A stretch of 64,000 nucleotides of DNA from Raillietiella orientalis. Taxonomy: Eukaryota. The first letter of the stretch is position 1. Every line of letters starts with the position of its first letter. The translations under genes and the position numbers were made by a program. The notes under the pieces are model-generated. The model saw nothing but the letters and a program-made list of their open reading frames with translations. It searched no databases and was not told the origin of the DNA. Shown in pieces: positions 1 through 12,551 of the stretch. Where the stretch lies: the NCBI GenBank assembly GCA_036172245.1, contig JAYWIR010000039.1, positions 868,001 through 932,000 of the forward strand. Direction: 5' to 3'.

Positions 1-99
1 CACGAGCATCCGCAGAGGAAAGACACGCGGGACCGCGATTATCTGCCCAGGTCAGAGGTTCGTCGTGAGACGGGCCCCGGAGATGCTTCAGCGGCGTAA

Positions 100-1400
100 G
101 GGGTGGGAGAAATTGGGTGAGCGGTGGCTCCCGCACGTCCTGTGGGAAACCGCGCCGGAAGTGTCCCAGCCGCTACCGAGTGGACCGAAGGCGACTGCCG
201 ATTTCCGGGCGCGCCCTTGGCTTCTTGGGAGGAGCCCGAAGAGGAACCAGGAAGCGGAAGGGGCGACAATCGAAAGCTCTGGCGCGCTTCCTGTTAACAT
301 CCGGGTAGGTCGGTGCGCGCCGCTTCCGTTCTGGCAAGAGCTCCTGAAAGCTTCCGAGGAAGACGTTCGCCTCTCCCTCCGCAGCGTGTGCTCCGGATAA
401 AAAACTGGTGCGTTGGCACTTGAAGGCGCTGGCGAAGCAAGGCGCTGGTGGGAGGCTCACCTTCAGGAAGGCTTGAACGATCGGGCGGAGCCATCATGGG
501 GACACTAAACGAAAAGGACAAGCGCAAGTACTAGCATGAGAATAGGCGTAGGATGGCGGTGGTCGGGCGGTGCAGCCACCACCCTTCCGAGGGAGGAAAC
601 CTCGTTTCGACGTGGAGCGGGTGATCGCACAAACTCGGAGATTTCTTTGTTCTCCTCTTGGCGTCCCAGTAGATCCATCTGCGACGACGTGCGCGGTGGC
701 TTCGCTCACGGAAGCAGCCTGTTCGTCGCGTCAGCCGCATCTTCTCGGGAGCAGGCCCCCAAATGCGAACCGCTTGAAACTGGACCACCCCGTCGTTTCC
801 AAAATCTCTGCCTGGCAACACGCTTCGAGGACCCTTTCCTCCCCCTCCGTTGCCACGGCCCTTCGCTTTGTTTGCGTTCGCAATCTCCAAGTTCCACCAT
901 CAATCTTTTCGCTCTTCTTCCCCATCGCCGTAAAATCTGCGCTGCCGGTGGGATTTGCCCTCAAGTGCCTGTCCCTAAAGAGAAGCAAATTTCCCCGGAA
1001 GATTCGGGATTCCTTAAAAGGTCGCAAGCGTTCTCTTCAGTGAAGGACCGGCCCGCCAAAGAATGAGAAGGGGCTTTGTGATGTGGTGAGGGAGCTCACT
1101 GAGATGTCACCGAGCCCTCAGCCTTCTGGTGGGCTCTGGGGCTTGTCGTCTCTGGATCAAGCCAGTGTGCCCAGGTCCCGGCATCTTGGACCTCATCTAG
1201 AAACTCTAACATGTGGGTCTGTGCTCGATCGTGCGAAGGATGACCTAGCTGGCACCCCAATAGGCGTCCAGACCTCGTTGGATGGTGTCGCCATGCCGTC
1301 ACCTAGCCGAGAGAGTTCGCGTGCGCTCTCGAAACTTCCAGCTCTTTCGAAAACTCTAAGGTCCGGATAACCGGCTCCTTGAAGAACTGACGCCTGGTTT
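100..1400 (-). mobile_element. Degenerate non-LTR retrotransposon (L1/Tx1-like) ORF2 reverse transcriptase remnant
   Basis: Minus-strand pieces resemble RT subdomains in order: 'RIFRGNLLLFRD', 'GWSSFKRFAFGGLLP', 'ATAHVVADGSTGTP'; many frameshifts and stops. Confidence 0.5.
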
Positions 1401-1799
1401 CGAGAAACCCAAAGGGATAGCTCGTGGTTACTCTGTCCCGAAGACAGTGGCCTCTAATCGACCCGTTCCTTCCAGAGCAGAGGCGAACCCGCGAGCGTTC
1501 CGAGGTCGCAGAAGGTCGGCAGCAGGAGAGGACGCCTCCCGACCCTACGGCGAATCAACAGCAGCAGCGTGAAAGCGGTCAGGACGACGGCAGGGAGGCC
1601 GGTGGGCGCGGATGCGGAGCGATGGCACTTCGCTGTTAGGGGCGCACCCTCGTCGGCGCGGGCGATGATCGCAGGGCGCCTCCCCTCATCGCTGATGAAC
1701 GGCGGACTCTTTAGGAGAGGAGAAGATCGCTGAGCGCCGGACGGGGCGCGAAGGCAGGGAAGGCTCCTGATGGACTGCTCCGGGGAGATCCACTGGGGC

Positions 1800-3200
1800 T
1801 TGGAAGTGCGGCAGGGGCGCTGAAGGAGTGCCAGCGAGGCCACAGCCACGAGTGGACGATGAGGACCGGGAGATGCCGAAGGCGGTCGAAAATTTTCTGA
1901 TCGCTCGCTCAAACCCCCTGGCACCTCATTCATGGGTTCACGCTGGAATAGTCTTTCACAGCCTTCTGGAACGCTGGCAGTGTGTCCCCCCATGGGCAGC
2001 ATGCCGTGGCTTTCTTTTCTCAGAAAGGTTGCCACTGACCACGCTTTTCCGCTGACCACTTGGAATGCGGATTTCTTTCCTTCCTTGAGAACGAACGCGC
2101 TCCCACTGTTGATCCAGAGCATGACTTCCCACGAAGGAGCCCTCCTTCCTATCGAGGAACCCATCCTTGCCAAATACTGTAGGCCGCGGGCAAAGAAATA
2201 GGGCCGTTTCCCATCGCTTCTTTCTTTGAACTGCTTTTGGCTCCTTATTCTCAAGAGGACACGGATTCGTCCTCGTTGCGCGTCGCCATGGGAAGCAGGA
2301 GATGGGGATGAGTCCCGCTGCGATCTCGTTCGCCTCTCCGGGACTCGGACGAACGGTCGTCGTGGTAAGCGGTCTTGCGGTGCATGAAGAAACTGTGCCT
2401 TCTTCGATCCCACCGAAGGCAGTGTCCTCGCAGGAAAAGCCGCGTTCGTTGCCAGGGAGAGCTCTTTCAAAGGTCGAGCTTCCAGCTTCCCTGGTTCAGA
2501 CGGGTCCGAGGATGGCACTCGATCTGGTTCTCTTCTCCGGCGTTCGCGCCTCGCCTCCCTCTGGACGGCTCCGCACGAACAGAAGCTTCGGATGTGGGAG
2601 TCTCCCCGGCGGTGGAGCGAGGGAGGCGCACGCCGCGGATGTCCCTTCTTCCGAGAAGCGCGCGGTTCCTGCGGGAACTACATCCCCCCCGAAGGCAAAT
2701 CGGATGCCGCTTACGGATGCGGGCGCCCGTCCGCGCAGGTCAGGCTGCCTTCCGGTCATCCCTCCACATGCACCGTGGTCACAGTGGAGCCTTTCACGCC
2801 TGGTCGGGAGGACGTGACGACGCGCTCCCGAATGAGGTCGGAGGATGGTCGATCGTCCCCGCCTCCCTTCGTCAGAGGGGTGGGCCGTCTTCCACGCGCG
2901 AGAGCGCAGACGAGCGGAACCGAGAGTCGCGGGTTCGAATCCTCGCGGAGGAGTCGATGCCGAGCTGGACGCGAGATGACTCTGGGATGGTTCCAGGCTC
3001 CAGGTGGGCATTTCGTAGGGCCACGAGTCCCGCCGATTGCCCGGGAACCCAGGAGTGCAATCTTTACGGACTCTTTCACGCGCACTTCGGGGTCCGCGAC
3101 GGTTCCAGTGCCCTCCATGGGGTGAAGCAGCTTCAATGCCCCCGTGGGGAATCCGAAAAAGGGCGGACATACGAGTTGCCTTCCCACGTCGCGGCGCACG
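1800..3200 (+). mobile_element. Degenerate LINE 5' half (ORF1 knuckle remnant plus APE endonuclease remnant)
   Basis: 'AKYCRPRAKK*GRFPSL' resembles a decayed CCHC knuckle; 2900-3120 'SRGFESS...' parallels the endonuclease remnants at 41.4-41.7 and 44.4-44.8 kb. Confidence 0.4.
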
Positions 3201-6106
3201 TGCCAGAACACACACGTGTGTGCGTGTGTTTTCTCCTCCGCCTCCCTCCTTTCCTCTTCCCAGTGAACAGAGGACGGGACGACGACGCGTGGCCCCTCGA
3301 TCCGCTCGTTGTGCTCTATCGCCTCCGCTGCGCATTACTCTTTTCCGCCTGCGTCTAGGGCCCGGGATGTCCCGCTGCCTTGGAAACGGGAAGACCTTCG
3401 GTCCTTCCGTCCGCAGCCCACCCCCTCTTCCTTCCTGATCCCTCTGCCTCCTCGCTGCTGCCCGCTCACCGCCTCGAGGGCCGAGGTGCGCCCCGATCTT
3501 TCCGCGCGCTCCTCCTCCGCGGCAGCGACAGGAGCGCGAGAACCGCGCGTTCCGGAGGCCACAACAGAAGTCGATGAGTTTATCCTCCCCACCCTCCCCC
3601 TCACCTCCGAGCGAAACCGACCGGTCCCCTCCGACAGGGGGAGGATAGAGGCGCCGCCGGCCGACCCACTGACAGGGTGGCAACGATACGTTTCGCTCCG
3701 AGGCGAAAGCGGGGGCCTCCCGAGCGGTCGCTTAGCAACCAACGCAAGCTGAATTCTCTCTGTTGCCGGTCGCCGTGACCCGCGTCGATCGGTCATTACC
3801 GAACGCGACAATGCTTTGTTGTTAATCTGCCATCGCCATTCTACGAAACCAGGGTTGGCAAATTTCTGCGGGAGGAAATTCAACAAGTCTCTTCTTCTTA
3901 CCTGGAGAGGTTTGTTTCTTCAGCGAGCTTCTTTCTCTTCAGCGGACGCCGGAGGAGTAACACGAGGGTGGATCCGCTTCCGCTTATAAAGGAAAGAAAC
4001 TGGTTACTATCCGAAAAGCACAAGGTCACGAGAGACCTCTGCAGCGAGTCCTTCCGAATTGGGTGTTTTCTGGGAGGGGGGGGGGGGGGAGAGGAGGACC
4101 CGTGACCTCTAAGCGAAGACTCCGAGACGCCAGCTCTTCCTCCCCCCCCCCCTCGCTCCTGGAAAATCTCCGCGCGCGTTTCCTTCCATCCCTCGATAGC
4201 GAGCCGCTGGGACCCACACGCGCGCGAGCCTTCTGCAAGTCGACCTGCCGGAAACTGCGCCTCTAGCCAAGAGAGAGAGAGAGAGAAAAAAAAAGTCAGG
4301 TTCACTCACGTTCGGCCTCTTGGTTTTTCGGCGTCCTGCTAATCGGAAACTGCGTGTGTGTACAGTCGCATTGGTTCCCATGGCGATCCGAGCGGCTCGC
4401 ATTCGCTGTCCTGTCGATACTGCGCGCGGTTCTGCCGCCTTTCATACATTATATTCCCACAACCAGGAGCACGTGTCAGTGGGTTTTCGTTTTTTCCCCC
4501 TTCTTCTTCTTTTTGCTTCTGAAAAGCGTCATCCCAATGCTGAGCAGATGCAGGGACTCCACTCGCCTCATGGTTACTCGATATTCTGGAAGTTACGTGC
4601 TCGGTGTATGGGCAGTCCTCTGGAAAGTCAAAAAGTCACGCTGCAGGGAGAAGTCGTGTTCACCTCGCGCGTTGTCCAAGAGGTGTACCGTACGGATAGC
4701 GTTCCAGCGCGGACAAATGATCCGCTTTGGCCAAAGCCGTCATTTCCGAGTCCCACCTGCGAATCCACGACGAGGACTTTGCAGAAGAAAAAGGAGGAAA
4801 AAAAGAAGGAGAAACGGGAGAGGATGAAGGAAAAACTCATCTTCTGCTTGCTTTTCGGCGCTGCAGAAGGTGCCCACGCTTTATTAGCTCGCGACTCAAC
4901 GTGCAGCGACTCATCTTGATCCTCTTAGCCAGCGGATTCCGTTTGTTTTTCGCCCTGTGCCGTGTTTTCGTTTCAGTCTGCATCCTCATCCCCCGCGGGG
5001 AGGAAGCCCACGCTCCGCAACCCCACAGAAACACATCCAGGAGACCTCCATGCGAAGACACGGCGGCGAATCAGGCCCGTGGGGCTCTGTGGAGAAACCT
5101 GAGTTTTGCGGTGCGGCCCTTTTTTTTTGGAAAAGGACATGAACACGTGATTCAAGAAGCTCGAAAATACCATTTCGGTCAGACCTTGGTGGATGGAATG
5201 GCGCAAGGAGATACGCTTTTCAACAACGAGAACGATAGGGCCGAATCTATAAAGTTGTCTCGGTTCCCTGGACATCAACCAAACTCTGGAGGCCTTCGTT
5301 TTTGTTTTCTTTCCTACCATCAGGAACCCGATGCTAAAGCCGAGTCCATTCATCCCAGATCTGAATGAATGGCTCACTTTGCGGAACGTGTTAGCTAGGT
5401 GGCCTTCACAGGGCATGAGAACGCTTTCATTTCCGGGAGGAGAATCAGCCAAATGCTGAGATCACTGGATCGATTCTTCACACCGAATCGATTTGATGAT
5501 CATCTCTCGATGACGTATTCCGACGATCGTCGGAACACCTTTTTGATGTGCGGTGCGTGAAACGAGCACGCCGTTATGCTGAGATGCAATCACTGTGATG
5601 AATGAACGAACGCACTTCTCAGCTTTTTTTTTTTTTTTTTTTTTTTTTCTTCCCGCTAAAGTTGAGTCGGAGATGATCGGATTATTCCGGTTTGGGATCG
5701 AGCTCAGCAGGGAAAGTGGACTCTAGACTCCCATAAGTTACAGGCTTTGGGCAAAGCCGGACTGGTGAGGGGATGCGAAAGGTGGTAACTTGATGTTCAC
5801 TGGGTGTTTGGAGTTTATGATTCCAATTAGCAGAGTTCTAAGATCCTCCTTGCGAAAGAAAAGTGATAGAGAAATGGGTTATGCGTGTGAGACCTTCTTC
5901 ATTTCTAAAAAAAAAAAAAAAAAGGAGCAGATAGATGGCTCTTTTTTTTTCTTCAGAATCCGAGTCTCCCGGAATGCTAGAATCCGCTTTATTCTTTGCT
6001 CCCATCAGACTCCCTGAAGTTTTTATTGTTTTGATTTACAATTAGATAACATGTTACCGGGGAGGAGGGACCCTTGGCATTCTTTTTTCCAGGATTCTTC
6101 TTCTAT

Positions 6107-6640
6107 TCATCTGGGGCGCTCGTCGCCCTCATCGTGCTGCCTCCTCAGCCTCATGTTTCGCGAGAGCTGATCGCTGGTATTCTCCGGCCGCATCTGCCTG
6201 TCGGTCCTCCGCGTGACGTGGGCTGCATAGATGTCACTGGAGTACCGGATGCACACCAAGCTACTATCCGGTGCCTCATCGTCACCAAGTGCTTTCTTGG
6301 AATTCCAAGATCCCACAGCACTTCCTCGTTACCTGGAGACCCAGACTCCCAGAGGACCAACGTCGAAAGCATGCACCCTGCATTGCTTCCCCTCTCTGCC
6401 TAGCTGGAGGGCTATTTCCCTGTACTTTCCTGTGTTCTCCTCCTAGCTGTGCTGAACGCCTCTCCTCCACCCTCGTACGGACAGCAGACGTCCAGCGCTG
6501 CTATCCGGTTCCTTTTGTCATCACCAATTCCGGTTTTAAGAGGGAGCTCGTTCCTGGAGCTCTCTGCTTAGTGGACACTAGGGTCTACTTTGCTTCATCC
6601 ACTGCGGCCTTGATGATCATCTCTTGAATCGCGTCGCCTC
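6107..6640 (-). mobile_element. C-terminus of an R2/NeSL/Utopia-like non-LTR element (restriction-like endonuclease domain), pseudogenised
   Basis: Stitched frames read LKPELVM..IAALDVCCPYEGGGEAFSTARRR..EKYREIALQLGREGKQCRVHAFDVGPLG..PGNEEVLWDLGIPRKHLVTMRHRIV..CIRYSSDIYAAHVT, matching the PD..D / K..KY / VG.LG.W RLE pattern; AATAAA downstream on minus near 6022. Confidence 0.75.
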
Positions 6641-9099
6641 GCTCAAAAGTCGGAAGATAGAGATTGCGTATTTTGTCATCGATGACATCCTATCCTTCAT
6701 TTGACAGACCACTAATCAGCTTAACCAAAGGAAAAGGGTCATTCAGCCCAATATCTAATCTGGTCTGGCCGCTTCTCTGTTATGTTGCGAGCTCCTCTAA
6801 AGTCTCTGAGAAGAGCTAGGATGGTCGGATTTTGAGACCACCTCACTTGTTGTTCGTGTGCAGGAAAAACTGAGTCCTGCGACAAGATGACGCTTTTCTT
6901 TTGTCTCCGCTGGTTTGGGTCACGGACACCAGAGGAAGAAACGAATGTGGCTGCGGTGGAACACCTGCAAGTGCGGATCGTGGCGAGCAACCACCGATCG
7001 CGAACAAAGGCATGATGATGGTCGGGGAAGCTTGGAAACGAGTAGATGCAACCAGTTCGGAGCAGTGAGCGAAACGAGATCAGAGAAATCAGAAACTGGA
7101 AATGCGTGCAAGAAGAAGAGCTCTGCTCTGCATGGTTCACACAAAATATTCTAGAGTCCATCGGAAGTGACAAGCTTTACAAGAAATACAAAAAAGAAAT
7201 ATGAGTAAGCATTTCGATTGAACAGGACAGAAATGAGGAAAGTGCCTGTCATCCAGTAGCGATAACGGGGCCTTCACGTGCGCAGCAGCCGGAATCACCT
7301 GGAATGAAGGATGCACTTTCCGATGTTAAAGCCTTTTTCTTGCAGCTTTTCTTCTTTTTTATCTGAAACATGCGAAGATAAAACGAAGAATCCGAAGTCT
7401 CATAGAGGAATTCTTGCAGAGGAATAATTTTTGCTTAGTCCTCTAATCTCAAACAGGGAGAGTCATAAAGTCATAAGGCGCTTGCCTTCAAGATTTCGGA
7501 TTCTAATGGTGAATTGATGCTTCTTTCGTAAGGAGGAAAAAACATGATGAAGAACGGATAGGAAGGAAAGTCGGAAATACGACAGAATCTCCGTGCTCCG
7601 AAACCATTAGTGGAGCCACTTAGAGGAATTGTCAAAGGAGAAAACGAAGCGAAGGAATTTTTAAATAGTTCGAGAGAAAACACAACCCGGAAGTTAAAAT
7701 GCAGAAACTTGGAAGAGGGAACACGAAAAAATAATGCCCTTTCATCAGCTGCCATATTCAGAAGAAATGTTTCCCACAGTTTTTTGGAGAGAATATAGAG
7801 TCTATTGAAACAGTTAACGAGGTGTCCCTTGAACATTCATTAAATTACTGTGCTTAGCAGTGACCTGAATGACATTAATCATGAGCAGGAAATCACGAAT
7901 TCAGTCTTAAGACAGAATAAATAAGTCGAGAATGCAAAATGAGAGTTTGAAGCTTACTTGAATTTATTTGAATTCGTCCCACACTGAAAATAAGCACAAC
8001 TTGCGATCAGTCATACGAATATGATTTTACTACTCATCAATTCCACCTTTTTTTTTTTTTTTTTTCAGCCCCTAATCTCATATCTTTTTGTAATTTCCGT
8101 CCCAACCACGTTTAAGCTGAAATTTCTACTCCGAACCGCCGCCTCAATGATTTCCATCTTTCAGCAGAATGAAATAAGAATAAAGTGGAGAGCTTAATTA
8201 TCTCGACCGTCCGGCGGCAGATTGGAATTGATTTTCATTTGTAATTCAAGACAAGTTCAGTTTCAACTTTGATGATAAGCATTTGCCTTCTCCGATCCGG
8301 CGAGGTTTCTCTTTTCCCTTTGGTATAGTGATCGCGCATGTTGCTTGGCTACCTCAGCCGTGCCTCTCCGGCTCGGCTTACTCAGCTTTCAAGACAATAA
8401 CCAAAGAGTCGCTGTTGTTCGAATCTGTGTTTCGGCACAGTGTCTTGCGGAGCTTTTGGCGCGGTTTCTTCGCTGAAGTGAGATGCGAAGCTTTGAAAAT
8501 TTCCTGTTGCCCCCTGTAAGGGCGGCGCAAGAGTTTATTGAGCCGCAAAAAGGAGTCCCTTTGAAACTTTGTGCTCATGAAACAAAGTGGTTCACTCCGT
8601 GGGTGGTACTGAGTATTTCATGACGATGGTAGCTCATACGGAAAACCCAGCTGGCTTCCAAAATCCAAAAAACTTTCCTGAGACGAATCGAATTCCAGCT
8701 TCATGTGGCTATTTATTTCTCCACCAAGTTTCCGACCTAGTTTCGTTGGTGGGATCATCTTACGGAATAATTCAAATACAGCTTTAGATCGCACAGTTGT
8801 CAGCCTACCCTTGAACCATTCTACACTTTCCTTATTTGGGTGGTCGGAAAATCGATTTTATTCGATCCCATTTTCAGCACCAATACAGTTCTTTTTTTCT
8901 TTTTCTTTTTTTTTTGGGGGGGGGGGGGGACGAACCTGCTCCTGTAGAGCGGGGAGTTGCAAAATTACCTCGTTTGTGTTCGATCGTCTTCGTGTTGTGT
9001 TTAAGAAGCCATGCTTCTGTAAATCTTTGCATTGAATATAAACTCCATCTGCGTGTCTTCTTCGATGTCTTCTGTTCATTTTACCTGTCGTGCAAAGTT

Positions 9100-9620
9100 T
9101 CCAATCCCCAAACCGTACTTTAGAGATTTGCCTCATTTCCCTACCATTTCTTCCTACTCCTACGAAATCGTTTCTTTTACTAAAACGTCACAAGGCACCC
9201 CTGAAACAAACATCGGTTTTTCGATTCGGCTTAACATGGGATTCGACACGTTTATCCATTAGGCATGGTTGCCATCTAACGTACTCTGCAAGCATCAAGT
9301 TTTTATTCAAAGTATTGTCTTTTTGATGAATGAGTTTACTACTCCCAAGATTTATGCCTACCGTTTCATTCTTATCATCCTTCAGTAGCCACCGGGCTAC
9401 TCATCTCTCAGTGGAAGACTTGAACACGATATTCGTAGTGAAACTTCAAGTGTCTTCAGTAGTGGAGAGCAAAGGAAACATCCTTGGCTGACAATGAAGG
9501 CTACCATTCCAAAGATGAACTCGGTCTCCCTGCCTTCCATGGTTATCGTAGTGATGGCTGACCTCTCATCTGTCCATTTTTCCATCAAGTCATCCGATTC
9601 TTAGCTGGTCTGACGATGTG
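9100..9620 (-). mobile_element. Degenerate LINE RT remnant
   Basis: 'IVSQGCFLCSPLL' resembles the GVxQGxxLSPLL motif; 'SLKYGLGI' further on resembles YKYLGI. Confidence 0.45.
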
Positions 9621-11142
9621 AAGAAAGGAATTCAGATTCTACTAGTCCAAGAAACCGAACATCCTCTGTGAGTTCGGAGTAAGCAACTCATGACTTCCCA
9701 CGTACAGATGTTTCTAAGATTGCCTTTTTCATTTAGCCTTATACAATTATTGCTCTTTCACTTAACGCAGCAATGAGGAAGTTTTTTTTTGTTTTTTTTT
9801 TCGCCTCAGATAAAAAAAAAAGTTCCTTGCCTTTCTACCTACAGAGCACCCTTTGCATTCCTTGATTAGATTGTACACATGTGCCCAAACATGCTAGAAC
9901 ATGTTAGTAATTAACATCTTAATTGTATAATAATTAACTATATCAATCTATTGTATTATTTGTTTTGTTCAGGTGTGAGTGCTTGATAGCAACGGATGGT
10001 TGGAGTGGTTGCTCGGTGCCCGAACAAAGCACAAACACGAAACCTTTCCGCTTCTAAGCGGAGAGTTTGCCAAGTTTCAAAAGGTAGAAAATGAAATAAA
10101 TGGCAAACGAAATAGATCCTTTACAATATTTGCATGGGTCACTGAGCAAGTAGTTTTTAAGCTGCGATTTTTACTGACACTGCCATCTTAGAAAAGCTCA
10201 GCTGATTACCAGATTAAAAAATATTCAGGAAGCGAGGAACTTACTTTTTTGGTGTTTGTATATCGTTGATTTGATTATTTGGGAGTAATTAATTTTCTTA
10301 ATAAAAGGTAATTAAAAGATTTAATCAAGATGCAGCATGAAAAAGAATAATAAGTGAACTACAATGTTTTAGATTTGGATATATATAAATGTGATGTTAT
10401 ATTGAAATAGGACTTAATCGTAAATTTATTTAAGAGAGGTAAATTGAATATAATAATCGGTGAATACAGATCGCCCGTCGCTCTGATGTAAAGTTAGATA
10501 AGTCGTAACACAGTGGCTGTACCGGAAGGTGTATCTAGGCAAGGGGGTAATTTACTGATTTAACTAAAGATTAATTTGATGTTGATAATTATTTAAATTT
10601 TTGCTGAAAAAGACAGAATAATTAGTTCATTTGACAAAGCAACGTTTTACACTTCCCTTGAGTGGTTTTAAAGAGATTACGATAGTGCCCGAAAATTTAT
10701 TTTCTGGAGTTTTGTTCATCGAAGCTTATGTAGATTCAAATACAGACAAGATTCTTGGGAGTGGCTACCATCACCATTACTCATGAGAAGCACGAAACAG
10801 CATCCACATGAGGCAGCCAACGCTGATGAGAATCCAGTGTTGAGTAATGAGAATTTGGACTTGTGTTTGTCTAAGTGAAAAGCAAGCAAACAAACCGTTG
10901 CTACCCGAAGGTTTCCAATCTCAGAGAAAACAAAGGAAAATACCCGAAAGCAGCTGTATCTGCAGGTTACTGCTGCTGCATCTGTTGCAGTAAGAGTGCC
11001 CGGCGACGAAGGCAGTAAGCTCCGTAGCAACGGCATGTGGAAGACGGCGGAGGTGCGTGAACGAAGGCTCATGCAGGTGCCCCCCCCCCTACGCCCCCCA
11101 CAGCCGAAGCTGGGCACCCCATCACTTTTGTTGGCATAAAAA

Positions 11143-11144
<2 letters not shown>

Positions 11145-11180
<36 letters not shown>
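11145..11180. repeat. (CA)18 microsatellite
   Basis: Perfect dinucleotide run read directly. Confidence 0.98.
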
Positions 11181-11182
<2 letters not shown>

Positions 11183-11870
11183 GCAAAAGCGGAAAACGGA
11201 AATAATCCATAACACCTTACTTTAAAAACGATAAAAAAAAAAAAACAAGGAAGGTGTCGCTTTTGGTAAACCTTATTTTTAAAAGCTGCGCATCTCTTAG
11301 TGTGGCAAATGCAAGGTTAATTTAAAGCATTTTGTTTTGCAGCCTCAGAGAATAAATATGAGAAAAAATCCAGCGGGATCGCGTGTTGTGGACCACGGTT
11401 TTTGATCCGTGACCCTTCGTTTCCCATGTTAACAAATCAACATGAAACCAAAATCACACACTGCACACTTTATCGGTTCCAGGAAGCTGTTCCAAAAAAA
11501 GTAAACTGAAATCGGAATGAGCTTTCTTATATTTTTGATCTTGTGTTGTACAGTCGGTTCGAAAAGGGGAACCTTGCACTTCATTTGCTTTGTGCTTTGA
11601 GTAACTGTACAAGTGTGGGGTTGTCACAAACTTCAATAGTGTTCATTTCCAGAGGGTAATCAAGAGGGTCGTATTATTCCATATTTTCCTGTCATTCCTT
11701 ATTCAAGTATTTAAATTCACAATTATTTTCCGGCTGATGTTTCTCCATTAAAAAATTTTTGACGTTTTGGTGATGCTCCAGATTCATCCCATTCCAAATC
11801 GATGCGCCTTGTTTTTAAAATGCAGTGCTGAAAAATTCACATTCCCTGGATCCATTGAACAATAAGACAG

Positions 11871-12551
11871 ATGGAAACACAGTGGCCCAACCCTAATTTC
11901 CACCAAAAATATGAAGAGGTGTATGAACCAGCAGAAGATTCGTTTGCCCTGTTGGATGCAGTGGAGCAAGATCTTCCTCACATTTGTGTATTGAATCCAT
12001 TAATATGCCTAGAAATAGGAAGTGGTTCTGGTGTCATTATTTGTTCTGTTGCAGTAGCATTGGGAAAAACAAGAGTATACATAGCCACAGATATAAATGA
12101 AATGGCGTGTTTTCTGACAAAGAAGTTGTGCGATGAGAAAAATGCCAATGTTGAAGTTCTTTGCACTGACCTTGGCGAATCTTTGAAAACACGTTTATTT
12201 AATAAAGTTGGACTTATATTGTTTAACCCACCATATGTTCCTACACCAGATCATGAAATGTGGAATTCTAACCTAAGCAGAAGTTGGGCTGGTGGTGAAA
12301 ATGGAACTGCTGTCATCAATAAATTTTTGATTGATGTTCCTGACTTACTTTCTGAGAATGGAGTGTGCTATGTAGTGTGCATTAAAGAAAACAATCCTGA
12401 GAATATTGTTAAAAACATGACTGCACGAAACATGAATGCAAAAATAGTAATGATGAGGAAAGGAGGAGGTGAACTTTTGTATGTACTAAGAATCTGGAAG
12501 TCAGTAAATAAGTTATTTGCTGAAAAAGACAGTCAGTGTCAGATAAAGTAA
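11871..12551 (+). CDS. N6AMT1: HemK2/N6AMT1 (MTQ2/KMT9-alpha-like) SAM-dependent eRF1 glutamine methyltransferase, 226 aa, single coding exon
   Basis: N-terminal 'VYEPAEDSFALLDA', motif I 'LEIGSGSG', 'ATDIN', catalytic 'LFNPPYVPT', 'SWAGGENG', 'LLSENGVCY' are hallmark motifs of the family; intact ATG to TAA. Confidence 0.96.
   Translation: METQWPNPNFHQKYEEVYEPAEDSFALLDAVEQDLPHICVLNPLICLEIGSGSGVIICSVAVALGKTRVYIATDINEMACFLTKKLCDEKNANVEVLCTDLGESLKTRLFNKVGLILFNPPYVPTPDHEMWNSNLSRSWAGGENGTAVINKFLIDVPDLLSENGVCYVVCIKENNPENIVKNMTARNMNAKIVMMRKGGGELLYVLRIWKSVNKLFAEKDSQCQIK

Noticed and set aside
1454..3683. Long overlapping ORFs of 354, 327 and 395 aa
   Set aside because: Arg/Pro/Ser/Gly-rich frames over GC-rich DNA with no domain; better explained as TE remnants.
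11871..12551. Bacterial PrmC/HemK or DNA adenine methylase by horizontal transfer
   Set aside because: YEPAEDSFxLLDA N-terminus and length fit eukaryotic HemK2; no PrmC N-domain or operon context.
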